The position numbers were made by a program, and so were the translations under genes. The notes beneath the pieces are model-generated. The model was not told the origin of the DNA. It ran no database searches and saw only the letters and a program-made list of their open reading frames with translations. Of a DNA stretch of 64,000 nt, positions 24,701 to 37,145 are shown piece after piece (position 1 is the stretch's first letter; the number at the start of each line of letters is the position of its first letter). Source of the stretch: Raillietiella orientalis (taxonomy: Eukaryota); contig JAYWIR010000069.1 in assembly GCA_036172245.1 (NCBI GenBank), positions 124,001-188,000 of the forward strand. Reading direction: 5' to 3'.

Positions 24701-24942
24701 ACACTGTGGCCACTGTGCGGCCACACTGTGGCGCACCACCGGGGCACCGCAGAGGGAGCTCCTTTTCTTGCCGAAGGTGCCTGTTTTGGAAACTTTCGTG
24801 TTCTCAGATGTTACCAGCGTGGCAGGCGTTCCGGCGAGGGAGGTTCCGTCATTCGGCGGGACGTTCTTCGTGCTCTTGGAAATTCAGGCTGCCAATGTCC
24901 TCCCGCGTCGACAGCGAGCGCCTGCCGGTTTCCACAACAGAA

Positions 24943-25423
24943 GGGACGGCGCTCCTGCATCCGGAGGACACCACAGTGGACGTGATGCACCGCTTCTTCA
25001 CGTGTGGAGGCCTATCACTGGGTGCGGTCACCGCAACGATCTGTTGCATCCGCGCCATCGTCATGGCCCCCCACGTGTTGTAGTCGCGAGCGGCCCCAAC
25101 GGAGGTCAACAGGACTACAGCCTCTAACATGGACATGGCTGCCAGGTGGCTCCACATCAAGGAGGAAGTGAGGAAGGAGATCTCCGGCATTCAACGCCGG
25201 TTCTGAGAAGAAGGAACGGACGTAGCCAAGTACCCTGTTCCCTTCCACCCATATATTTTTGCATTCATTTATTGTCCTCTCCCCCCTGTTCTGGACTTTC
25301 AGTATGTCCGACCTGCGTATCGTGGTGCCCTCCACTTGAACTTGTCGTCCCTTTGTCTGGGAACTTTGTCCCCAGATGGTTTGCTCGTTTTCGAGTAAAC
25401 GTCCCGGCGCAGCCGGCTAAGAA
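24943..25423 (+). mobile_element. Short 5'-truncated family A LINE insertion with 9-bp TSD
   Basis: HPEDTTVDVMHRFFTCGG is homologous to the 5600-5670 region. TSD acaacagaa at 24934-24942 and 25424-25432. Empty site in the right arm near 31435. Ends agtaaacgtcccggcgcagccggctaagaa. Confidence 0.9.
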
Positions 25424-25789
25424 ACAACAGAAAGAAAGAGATCTGTGAGAAAAATATATATATGTATACCACACGTGCACGTGAAATTGGAGGTTTTTCC
25501 ACTCGAAACATGGCGCCGAGGGCAATTCGCTGGAACCATTTCGTTTTGCAGATTCTCAGCAATGCAAGACGGTTTCTCCGGACAACCGATCCTTGCGCAG
25601 CATGGAACTCCTTCCGCGTTCCCGCAGGCGGGCGCAGGTCCAGAAAGAAGAAACGTCGAGGAAGTTAAGATGCAGATAATCCTCTTTTTGCTCCATCGTG
25701 GCAGGAAGAATGGGAATAAAAGTGGCACATTCAGAACATTTCCTTTTTTCACTACCATCTCTTGGTGGACCGTGATGGCTACTGAGAAA

Positions 25790-26770
25790 CATCTCTCCAT
25801 GAGGGATGTCTAAGACGCTTGCATCCTCCCTTCCCAGTGGGTAAGCGGCTACGGAGCTTTCTGGGTACCCTTCCGACGTCTGCTATGATAGAAGAAAAAT
25901 CATCGTTCCCCAAGAAGATCGGGAGCTTTCCTGCTCCATGGAAGGAGCAGCTCCGACCTCCTCCCGAGCAGTCGATTGACAGGCTGGATGGAGGGCGCTG
26001 CAACTCCCGAATTAAGGAGTGCTTGAAACGGCGGAACTCTTGGAGGATCACTCAGGAGTTGTGACAGCGACCCCACCGCTGCTGTTCAGCTGTTGCGCTC
26101 ATCGGCGCTCTTGTTACACCGAGGTTTCTCCTCAAGAACGGACGCCGCAACGAGGGCTGTAGCAAAGGTGGGGAAGCCGAGCAGGTTGGGCACCAAGGCG
26201 TGCGCTTCGTCCGGGGTGGAGGCCTCTGACGACCACATCAAGCCAACCGGGTGTCGTGTACAGCTCCACTCTTCCCTTGAACTGGAGCGACTCCACATCG
26301 CAGTTGTCGTACTGGGCGATGCCATGCAACGCAAGAGTCTGCTCCTGGACGAGGGGGAGTGCGATCCCAGACTGCTATAGACGCGGGGCAAGACCTTGCT
26401 GCGCCCGTTGTTGGATTGCATTGCTCTCCTGAGTGTCTGGCAAAACACTTCGTTGCGGCCCTCCCATTCCTGATGGGCAACGGCAGAGTGGTCTTGCGAC
26501 GCCTCATCGTGTGCGACTCGATGTCGCCTGCAGCTTCCCTTGCAGCCCTGTGCTGTTTACGTGGGGTCGTGGAGGCGAGAAGCTGCGCCGAAACAGGTCA
26601 TCGCAATCGCCTACTCCTTCGTGAGGAAGGCGACAGTTTGCCCACATCTTCCAGAGGATGCTGAGGACTCCAGAAAGAAATCTGTGATTCCTTCCCCTCC
26701 CGTCCCATTCCAAACATTTTTAAATTGAACTTTTGAGTTTTTTTTGTCTTTGTTTACCCCTTTCCCCCGT
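25790..26770 (+). mobile_element. Decayed family A LINE, 3' part (terminal hairpin missing)
   Basis: PAASLAALCCLRGVV matches ORF 2042..2950; degraded cysteine motif at ~26360-26425; T-rich UTR. Confidence 0.75.
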
Positions 26771-26774
26771 TCTC

Positions 26775-27470
26775 CTGTGAGGAGCTCATCCGAGGAGCTG
26801 CTGGCGAGAAGACGCGAAGCGAAAATGCCACTTGAAGCACCTGGGACGGACATCACCTTGGAAGCAGGACGGGCACATCTCCCGCTTCCGCTTCCAGATC
26901 TCCACCCATGGCCGCAGGAGGCCTGCGACCTAGACGAGCGGCAAGCGCGGCACATGTCACGTGATCCTGGGCGGGGTTCCAACCCGCAACGCTCGGTGCC
27001 ACGAGCGTTGCGGGTTCGTACGGCCCCCAAAGCGCGCCTCTTCTTCCTCAATCCTGTTTGACTGCACGCAGAAGAGGAAGCCTCTGGTGAGCTTCGCCTT
27101 GTCCGGACAGCCTGCTCGAGCCACTGGCGGAGTCACCGGTCTCTTGGGTAGGGGCGGGAACCTTGGAGCAGAAGCCTTGGGAATCCTCCAGGACAATGAA
27201 AGACCCGCCGCCGGTCGAGTGACGTGCGCGTCACTCGAGCTCACTCATCCTTGGAACTTGGCCGTAGTCTCGTCCTGTCCTGGACGGTCTTCCTCAACCG
27301 CGGCCGTGACTGCGCCTGCTCTGGGTTTAGCCAGCATCCTCTTAAGAAAACTCCCGGCTTCTTCTGAGCTCCTTGAAAAGTGCCTGGAGCTGCACTCCCA
27401 GTGCGTTACAAATAGGACCCGAGATGCTTGCGCTTTCGTCCGGTCTCGCTGCCGCACCCGTCTCCAGTAG
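26775..27470 (-). mobile_element. Decayed LINE 5' / ORF1-ORF2 junction fragment containing two fold-back palindromes
   Basis: 26961-27007 (minus) is homologous to ~44204-44250. Palindromes at 26981-27016 and 27215-27238. Confidence 0.5.
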
Positions 27471-28689
27471 ACAAGAAAGTCCGCGGGATGGGGTATCGTT
27501 GGGTTCGCGGTAAAGTCTGGAATGGGGAAGGGAAGACGCTACATGCCAGGGACGCTACATGCTCCAGCGGCGGAAGAAGGAACCAACGGTGGCGAGGAAA
27601 GGGCAGCCTCCAACAGGCTTCGCCCCGTGGGGTGGAGGTGACTACCCCACCTTCTCGCTGCGGGAGTCGGGAGGGACCATGGAGGGCTCGCCAAACCTAA
27701 ACCGTCGTCGCTTCAGCATCCGCGCCAGTCTCGCAATCCGAAGGAAGCTGCATCGCTTTAACTCACAGCCGGAGGCCGATTCTGGAGTAGGGTCACCTCC
27801 AAGTCAGCGCCGCGATCCAGAAGCAGTTGGAGGGGGGTGAGGTCCGTCCCGCGCACTCGCATTAACGCTGCCACCCAGAAGAGACTTCGCGCCGATTTGC
27901 GGCGCTCCCCTGTGGGAGGGTGCAGTCGTCGGGGTCGCATGCTCCGAAGGCGCGTTCACAGGTTGGTCCATCTCGGGTTATTCTTCATAAATTGGAGAGT
28001 TGCACGCACTCTCGGGCGGCGTGGATGGTGCTGAAGAGCTTCCCGAGCCCCGTGGAGAATGGGTTTTCAGTACTCGGAGAACCAAAAAAGGGAAAACCCG
28101 AAAGAAAAAAGAAGAGACTCCTGGTGGCGGGGCTGCCACCTAGGCGCAGGGGCCGAAACTTCGCCCCTCTGCGTGGCCTGTAGCGGCTGCAGCGAGCCGC
28201 CCCAAGAAGGGAGCCGCCGATGTCGAATGGATCCGCTGGAACCTTCAAATGCAGTGGCTGCCCGAAGCGACAGCCGCTGCACCTCGAGCTGCTTCTCTCC
28301 CCGTGCCTGCACCGTTGGGCCTGTGAACCCGCTTTCCTACACGGGTCAGCTGGCGTCCTGCCACCGCCGGACTGCTCATCCGTTCAAAAAGCCTGCCTCT
28401 CATGATTACTTCCGACAAGGAGGTTTCTGAAGCGCGCGCCTCTCGCTAATCCTTGACTGGATCATCTCTTTTCTTTCCTCCTTGGATGACTCTGAGATTC
28501 TGCACTCTCTCATTTACGATTACAACATGAATAAATTCTTGAGAACTATTTGTTTATTCGATGACTGCACAGGATCGGACCACGGGACGACCACCTCATC
28601 CTCTCATCTCCGACGATCCCTGAAAAAATTGAAAGCGCTGGGGGTTATGAAAGTGTGACTAGGATTGACACGGATGGAAGCAAATCTCT

Positions 28690-28840
28690 CTGCAGCAGCT
28701 CTTTTCCTCTTCGTAGAAAAGTGTTTTCGTCTTCTGCAGCTACTGTTAACATTCTTCAGCAGCTCTTTCCCTCTTCAGGGAAAAGTCTTTTCCTCTTCGT
28801 CTTATGCAATTACTGTTAACGCCTGCCAGCTGCTTTTCCC
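28690..28840. repeat. Degenerate tandem repeat, unit ~63-69 bp, ~2.3 copies
   Basis: Recurring cagcagctcttt...ctcttc...gaaaagt.tttt...tcgtctt.tgca..tactgttaac. Confidence 0.7.
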
Positions 28841-28899
28841 CCAGCTGTGGAGATCTCAGAGTGCTGTGATTTGATTTGGAGTTGGCCACGCGCTCCTGC

Positions 28900-29850
28900 T
28901 TTTCAGCGATCATCTGGAAATAGAGACTTGCGAAGGGACTCCTCCGGGTGAAAGCGGGGACGTCTTCAGGACCCCGTCTTTGATGTCTTAGCCCCCCCGT
29001 CATCGTCCTCAAACCTTCATCGGGAACAGAATCTTTGTTTCATAGCAGATGTGGGCAGCTTTTCCCGGAGCAGCTCTGCTGTGGTCTCTTGGTGGTGCCC
29101 GAGCTAGTCAGGGAAGGGATGAAGCTTTCTCCAAATGCTCCTGTCATCTGGACAGCTACGCTTGTCCAGGAGTCTGGGATGAGTGTCACTCTGGAGATTG
29201 GTGTCAGTTTCGTGCAAGATCCTCCTAGCTTGAAACCATCCTCCTGCCGACAGTGAGGTCCCAGCTTTTGAGGTCTCCAGGGATGACCTGCGAGGTAGCC
29301 CTGGAGGTCACTGGTCCAATTTCAAGATGCACCTTACCATTTGGAGCCATTTTCAAAGTGTGGCTTCTGTCGGAGCATCCCGAAAACCTATTCTCCCAGG
29401 AATTAAGAGTTCATTTCCGGTTTCGTCTGTCTCCGATGATTTGGGGCTGGGAACTATGAACAATGGGGCAATCCCAGTGTTTGGGAATTCCCCCGTCCGG
29501 AAGTCTACCATTCCGAGGGAAAGAAATCCAGCGGATCTGTTGTGATTTCTTAGCTCGTGGTCGATACAGCGGAAGTTCATTTTTCTTTCTTGGATGAGCG
29601 ACATCTGCTTGCTGGCACGCGCGTTATGGTTTTGAGTTGGAGCCGAAGGAGGTGCTGCCTTTCCTGTTCGTCCTCGGACGTGCCTTGAGGCGAAGCCTGA
29701 AGCTCTCCCCGAGAGTGAGGAAGGAGAAGATCGCCATGGAAACCGGATAGCTGCGCGCCGGCGACACTGCCCTGTCCACACCGAGTCGCGAGGACAAAAA
29801 ACACGGGAACCGACATCCTCCAGAGCAGCAAAACTGCCACCACAGTGGGA
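28900..29850 (-). mobile_element. Probable decayed LINE 5' UTR / ORF1
   Basis: VHLEIGPVTSRATSQ segment resembles the pre-knuckle region of Tx1-type ORF1; GC-rich 5' start. Confidence 0.4.
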
Positions 29851-31254
29851 TACTTCGGGACTTACGAGCGTTCTTCAGAATGAAGTATTCAGTGGTAGGA
29901 GGGAGCCGCTGATGCGAGTGAGTCTCCTTTCATCATTACCTGTCTGTTGAGGCCGTCGTATCTCATCCGTGTAATGGATGCTTCGAAATCTACACCAAAA
30001 TGCTAATAACCATCATAATTGATTAAAGCAGTAGCTTAGGAACAGGAGCTGAATGACTGCCATAAACTTTCTTCATTACGCTTATGAATCTCCCGTTTCC
30101 ATTCTGGAAGGAAAAATGGAAGCTTTAAATGCCATTCGTGTGTAGAGAAAAAGAGGCGCCAGCGTCCAGGATTTGCTCGGCGTTTAACTGCTGAAGACGA
30201 CGTCAGCGCTCTGACCTTAACCCACTTCGGAAGGGATAGTGTGCAGCGGGGTTGCCATAGCGGAATTTCGGGACATTTTGTCATTGGAGGCTACGGTTCG
30301 GGCTTAATAAAAAGAGGAGAATACGCACTGCGATAATCCAAACTTCATGTGAGCGCTGGCCGGTATGGGTCTCTGTTCAGCGATGGCGGTGCCATCCGGA
30401 CGGAACGTAAAAAGGCCATAACTCCATATTTACATGCGGAAACGATCGATCGGAGAGTGGGCCGGACGCCTCTGATTATTCCTTCTTCCCGAACGGGAAT
30501 AATTAAGCTGTTCTTCCTTGGAAGCTCTCTTTGCACTTCCAGATTCGGGGCACAGAGCCCACTGGTTGCCGGAAAGTGTCCCTGATGCCATTCCATGGAA
30601 ACATGCGTTGCCACTTATCCTGTTTGCTGCTCTTTTGGTCCACGTTTTAATAGCGCCGCGTTTACTTCGGGTGCAGTTGCGGGAACGACGGGTTGAAACA
30701 CGTTCTTTTCGTAAAAGAGTTTTCTTCTTCATACCTCGAGCACGTGCCAGATTCATGATCCTGACGTCAAGTCTCCGGGCAACAATAGATGAATCAGAAA
30801 CGGATGTCATTTAAATAAACAGATGAAGTTTGCTCAAGAGAAATAAGGCTTCTCTCAAAATTGACTTTTTTTCCCCACTTCGAAATTGGTCCCCGCTTTA
30901 AAGCATCGAGCGCGTGTGCCATCTCAGAGGGAACACAGCATTATATGGTCTCCTATATTGAAGAAGTATCTTTGTTTGGAAATGCATTTCGAAACTTCCA
31001 AATCCATTCCGGAGATCCATTATTGCAAGTCCCTCTTTGTTCATGATCCAAGATTCACCTTTTACTGCTCAGCTTAAGTTGCCAGGAAACGAAGCTCTGA
31101 TGACCTGGAGAGAGAAGCGCCTTTGCGTCCGGTGAAGGCAACACGTGCAGCGGCTGGCTGTCAAGGAAACTCGAACCAGACTTTGGAAATGACATAGCGA
31201 AAACGAATCGTACGAGTTGCTCAACACTCATCATAGAAGATGGCTGTTCCAGCA

Positions 31255-32977
31255 AGAAAAATGGTTTCCATGGATCTGTTTTCCGGACGCGAAACGTCTT
31301 GCACTGCTGAGAAGCTACAAAACGAAATGGTTCCAGCGAATTCCCCTCGGCGCCATGTTTCGAGTGGAAAAACGTCTACTTTCACGTGCACGTGTGACTT
31401 TTATTTTTTTTTTATTTTTTTTCCACACAGGTCTCTTCCTGTTGTGGAAACCGGCAGGCGCTCGCTGTCGACGCAGGAAGACGTTGGCAGCCTGAATTTC
31501 CAAGAGCACGAAGAACGTCCCGCCGAATGACGGAACCTCCCTCGCCGGAACGCCTGCCACGCTGGTAACATCTGAGAACACGAAAGTTTCCAAAACAGGC
31601 ACCTTCGGCAAGAAAAGGAGCTCCCTCTGCGGTGCCCCGGTGGTGAGCCACCACAGCATCCTCCGCCCTCCTCTCAGCAGCACGTTGGTTGGAAAAACTT
31701 CCTTGGCTGGCCTTCGTGTCAGCAGCGATGGGTTAGTGGGCTCGGGATGGAAGCGCCACCTCGCCAACCGGTTCGTTCTTGCAGGAAGGAGCGCCCCGCT
31801 TTCCCAGCGTGCGGTTCCCGGTCGGCAGGAAGCCAGGGCGCGGCGGATTTGTGGGGCGACGGCGGGCTGCCCGGCACGCGCGAGCGCTCCGGAAGGGACG
31901 GAGCAAAGGTGTCCCCTCAGTCTGCGGCGGCCAGGCGAGTGGCGCGACGGCTCCGCATCTCTCCGGCTGCTGGAAAATTCCAGAGCACACGTGGCGGTGC
32001 GCTTCGCACCCGTTCCCTCCCGCGCCTCTGCATTCCTTCGCTCCATCGCGCCTTCCGCAGCATGGGCGGATCGACTCGCAGCCGTCGGGGTCGGCCGTGG
32101 TGCAGACTGGGAGACGCCAGCGCGGACAAGAGAATCGTAGAGACCGTCCTGCCAGCCTCCCACCCCAGCGGTTGCGACGCGTTCGACGAGAGGAAAAGAC
32201 TGCCGCGCCCTTGACACAAACACCCTGTGTCGCGAATGCCGCTGACCCCAGGAGAAGGGGGCACGGGACGGCGGGATGGGGATAGAGGAAAGTGCCATCG
32301 AGAGCAGGTGGCATGGTAAGGGGCGAGCCTGCGGAGATTTCTTGCAAGGAAACGCCAAGCTCTATGAAGCACCTCCGAGGCATGGCTCCGAGCGGTGGAT
32401 GCCGCGGGCGAAAACGAGAACCGGTGGGCAGGGACGCCGCATGCTTGCCAGGAAAGTCCAGCTTTTCACGGTCGTCGTCGCTCCCGGAAACGTCGGGCAG
32501 GCGGACTTTCCTGCCCGGCTGAAGGCACCGGAAGAGGAGGAAAGTGCGCTTCTGTCGCGCACCCATCCATGAGCACCGCGGCTGCTCCGCCCGTCTGCGG
32601 CATCCCGCGAAGCGAACGGGCTCCGGCGCGCGGAGTGGAAGGAACGTGCTCCCGTCTCGCCCGGTTCCCTGGTCGGCGCTGGGGAAAGGCAGGGATGCTG
32701 CCGCATCTCATTGGCCTTCCGGCTCGCGAAGCACGGTTTTTTTTCCCCGAGGCTGCAGCTTTCGTGCCCGAGCAGCGCCGGCGTACCCACAATCGTCGGT
32801 CGGCCGTCGTCATGGAGATGGGCAGAAGAGAATTTATGGGAAACGGATGACGGCCTGAACCTGGAGCTCTCGACCGCCTGAGCGAACGATCGAATTTTCT
32901 CGACCGAAGAAATCAGTCCGAGTCTCGGCAAAACTATTCCTGAAAACTGGGCTTTCGTCCCTCTCCGTCTTTTAGCA
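31255..32977 (-). repeat. Inverted duplication, right arm
   Basis: Reverse complement of the left arm. It retains ~211 bp (31652-31862) deleted from the left arm and lacks the 24943-25423 insertion. Confidence 0.95.
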
Positions 32978-33749
32978 GCTCTGAATGAGTGCAAGGGTCA
33001 GGTGCAGACGTTCACCCCCGAGTCTGGGAACTGCGGTGGTCCCGTCTCTCCCAGTTTTGGAGAGGCTCGTGTCCGACGAGAAGCTTCCAGGAACTCCGAG
33101 GAAACTCCGAGCTCGATCGCGCAGGGAAATGCAAGAACTCGTATTTACTTTTCCGTGGGGATGCGAACCGGGAAACGCCGACATGCAGACCGGTGGCCGA
33201 GAGAAAAACGCGCCGAATAGCGAGTGGTTTAGGGGGGAAGCGGAGGGGAAGAAGGATGAATGCGCATGTGCTCAGCGCGGAAAGGCATTACGCGCAAAAG
33301 TTCATCGCCTCCGGGAAATGGGGACGGAGGTTCGCCGGGTTTCCTTTTTACCCGGCCGCCTTCTTTTCACACCCCACTTACTATCCGCGTGTTTCTCACA
33401 GCCCCTTCGTTTCCAGGAAGAAACGAGGTAACCATGCCGCCCGCGTCGTCATGGATGGAGCGGAACACTTCACTCCGAGCTACCGGGACATCGGCAGCAC
33501 TACCAGATGGCACGGATGCAGCGTGAGGAAGCGGAACCAGAAGATCGCGGAAGCTGATACCAGAAGAACTCTCCGGATGCCGGAGGGTCGCTGCCACCCG
33601 CTGCGGAGGAACTTGCAGTCCGGAAGGAGGTCCGCCGCATCATCGCAGCTCGGGTGAGGAACCGCGAGCGAGCCGGGGAAGCAGCGCCTAGCGAAACGGT
33701 CGGCCTCGCGACGCACGCGGAGGAATCTGGCGGCTTCCTGCTGGCGGCT

Positions 33750-35330
33750 AGAGAAGATCCATTCCTGCCTGTCGGATGAGGGTTCCTTCGACCCTTCTCA
33801 GGAAGAGGGAACCCACAAAACGCGTCACCTTCCAGAGCTCAGGGAGATGACATCCCTTCCTTTCTCCCGCTGGAAGCTGAGCGAACCTGAAAGTGGAGTC
33901 CGCGACGTCCGGACTGTGGCGAGACGGGCGTCCGAACAAAGTCAGGCAACACGGACGTCGGAAAGAGGAGCGCACCTCAAGATAACGTTTGAAGGCTTTG
34001 TGACAGAAGGCTCATGAGAAACAACAATTGCATGCCTGACCATTGCTGAGACCTCCAGTCTTCTCTGCTGATGCTGGCTTCTGCGACTGCATGCCACCGG
34101 CATCACCATCCATGGGATATCCACATTTCCACCTCACCCTGATTCCCGAATCTGCCTGCAAGAGTCCGGCCCAAGGAAGCACCATGCCCTCGATGGGATA
34201 CCCGCGGTCTTTGGGTCGTTTTGTCTCCCACGGAGGACACATTTGGTTCGCAGGTCACAGTTCCCTTCACGCACCCCGACCGGATCTTCTGCCTGTGGGA
34301 GCACCGTCCGCCGTTGTCGACGGTGGCTTCCTTTTTTACGAGATGGCAGGAGGCGCCGTCAGGTCGCATCCTCGCGGGTGCGTCAGTAAACAGCTGAAGA
34401 CTGCGGGTGGTGACACAGATCAAGGAGCAAGCCTGGGTGTGCCCCTCTCCAAGGAAGCTCTGAAATACTGGAAGGCTGACCAGCCCGGAAGCAAAACTTG
34501 AGGCTGAAACCAGATCTTCCTGTTCAGAGCGAAGGGGCAGTTGTCATAGTTGGACGTCGCTTTCCCTGAAGAGCACATACACACGGAACGGGTGTCATGG
34601 GGGAAAGGTCGAGCCTTACGCTCCACTTCTAAAGATCGCGACCCGTGCCTGGTCGGGACGAAGCCCGAGGTCCTCAGAGAATCTCGCTTGCTGGACGCGG
34701 AGGATCCGTCGCATGGGGCAGGCATCCCCATTTCGAACCTACCACGCCCGCGACAGAGTCGCTGTTTCTGGTCGGAGTCACGAAGTTTGCCTGTCCCACC
34801 CCTCCTTCCATGTGGGAGGGGAACGCCCCACCTGTGCGGTCTGAACTTTTGTCCATCGCCGATCGGCAAGCAGGGCATCAGTCACTCGCCCTTTTCGACG
34901 GATTCGAGTCTGCGCCCACCGCTCAGGCTCCTGGCTCTCAAGGCTGCCTCCAGGAGCACACGATGGTTCTCGGTGGCAGAGAGAATTCTTCCGCGCGTTC
35001 GTTACCCAATTCTCGTCTCTCCGTGCCTTCTGACGTCATCCGGCGAATTCGCGGACGCCGGTTCGTGCGGCTGATGACGCAGGAGCACGTCAGACCGTGT
35101 AATCTTGCATGACTCGAGTGGATTTGACCTGTACTGTGCGAAAAAGCACCTTCCTGGAAGGGAAGAGTGGAGATATTCATAGGGACGCCCATAAAAACAG
35201 AGGATTCCTCCTTGCAAACCTACTGAGAGGAAAGTTCACGGCGGTTCAATTCGAAGCGCTTCCTACCTTCTCGTTCACGATCGCCAGGCTATTTATCCGA
35301 AATAAATAGGCGAGATTTTGCAGTAAGTCA
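33750..35330 (-). mobile_element. Probable decayed LINE ORF2 fragment
   Basis: RTSGFVPTR (RT 'QxGFVPGR'-like) in ORF 34420..34878; otherwise heavily frameshifted. Confidence 0.4.
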
Positions 35331-37145
35331 CGACCATCCCTTGCTGAGGGCAGACCTAGGAAGCGAGTGCGGGGGGGAATGGGGACGGAAGGCCTAAAAA
35401 GAAATGGGGAGTAGAACGAGCCTCCGTCTTGGTGATGAACTCGATTACTGAGGGCTTACGTCAAGAAGGAAGGAGGGAATTTTCCTCATTCCCGGACGCT
35501 GTCCACTGTTTCTATCTCTCGCCACAACCGTCCTCAATTCCGGACACCACCGCGGCTCGCGCATGGAGGAAAACCATCGGAGGGGTGACAGACGAACGGG
35601 ACAGAAGAGATGCTCATCTTTCTGATCAGGAGTCAGGTACATCTTGGACCGTTGCGGAAACACGCGCGGAGGGGATGCCACTGCAGTGAGTGCGCTCCCC
35701 GGGGATTGCTTCCCAGGGCTCACGATGACGGCCCTCGTTATCGAGGAAGGTCGCGGCGCACCGGCAAGATGGCGGTGCCGGTCGCGGCTGCGGCGAACGA
35801 TGAAGGGAATTCCTCTGCGAATCACAGGAAGGTCCATCCGCCTTCGCGTGCCCATAGGCGAGTGGCTTCGTGAGTGAGCAGCTCCTCTGTTTGAACCGAG
35901 CGGCGGTGCGCCGGGTAGCCTTCGCAGGTCACCGACCAGCGAAGGCCGAAGAACCGGAGGGGATTCAGCACTTCTGAAAAAATCTCTCCTTGGACAGAGT
36001 CCTTGCTAGGAAAGCCACAGCGTCCCTCCACTTGCTTTCCTCCGGCAAAGAAAAGCGCGCGTTCCTAACGATGCCTCCGCAATCCTATCGCGAAAACCAA
36101 GGGTCGTGAGGTGAATTGCAGAACGCCAGCCGGTGATTGCGTCGCAGCGACGTCAGCAGTAACGGAAGCCGAGAGTAATTCGTTATGATTTATCGATCAC
36201 AGTAGTAATCAATAATGAAATACTTTACTTTCTCCTCCCTCTTCTACTTTTAGAGTAGATTGATACGGAATGGCTGGAGAAAAGGTGGATCGCAAGATGG
36301 ATGACGCGAATCCGGTGAGACCTGACCTCCGTGGCTACGGGTCGCTTGTTCTCCGGAAGCGAGGTCACTCCTACCCGTCGGGTTCCAACCACCCCAGCCG
36401 CCTGACCCGAGCTCCGAAGAGTAGCAGAACTCGACCGCAGGGCCGCGTCCAAACATCCCAGCCATTCGGAACCCCGAATTCCAGCGTGCATTCTAAGCAC
36501 CGGGCAGGTGCATAGCTGGAGCCTGCCCGCCCTAATTTCGCCCTGCCCCCGGGAAAACTGCAAATTAATTCCCCGGAGATGAATGGAGTGCAGTTGGAGG
36601 CGCGCGAGCGGTTCGAATGAGACGAAGCGGGCGCGGCCGCGAAAGCGGGAAGCCACGCGGAACCGGCGCGTGCGAATCACACGCGACCACCCATCTATCG
36701 CGCGGTCGGGACTCCCGTCGCCGCGTCCGCATTACGCGAACGTTGGGTTTGGACCTTTTGGACGAGCGCCAGCAGAGGAGTTCCTCGATCTTCGTGCCTT
36801 CCTCTCCTCTTGAAGCCAAACTGCAGAGCCTTTGATCCTTCCTCCTCGCATCTCGCGTGTCGATGAAGCGGCGTTCCGCATCGGAATGCGGTTCCATCTG
36901 AACGGAGGAGGAATCACGACGATTGGCCAAGTCAGTTCTGACTCGAATACCCTTTGAAAAGCTGATGCCTGAAGGAACGCAAGCTGGAAAGATTGCCTTC
37001 AGGACCGAGAGATCTCTGGGTTACAGATCTATCCCTCCCTGACGACGATCTCTAAGAGCGTGTTGATGGACCGTCTGGAAAACCCAGACATGCGATTGTT
37101 TTTGGGCATCTTGCTGGATGCTGCTTCGCATCTGCTTGAACCTAC

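Larger units (their letters stand above)
23572..25610 (+). repeat. Inverted duplication, left arm (mostly decayed LINE RT sequence)
   Basis: 23572-24686 is the reverse complement of 31863-32977 (equal length, one mismatch noticed at 24500). 24734-24940 matches 31439-31645. ~25433-25610 matches ~31255-31438 more loosely. RT-like remnants KLDFPGK and RELLFLPK. Confidence 0.95.

Noticed and set aside
23983..25083. 366-aa ORF (and its mirror ORFs at 31315-32566) as genes
   Set aside because: These are chance open frames in GC-rich decayed LINE DNA. They run across the deletion scar and insertion junctions, with RT remnants split among frames.
23572..32977. DNA transposon with long TIRs
   Set aside because: No TSD at the outer ends, no transposase in the spacer, and the arms are decayed RT sequence.
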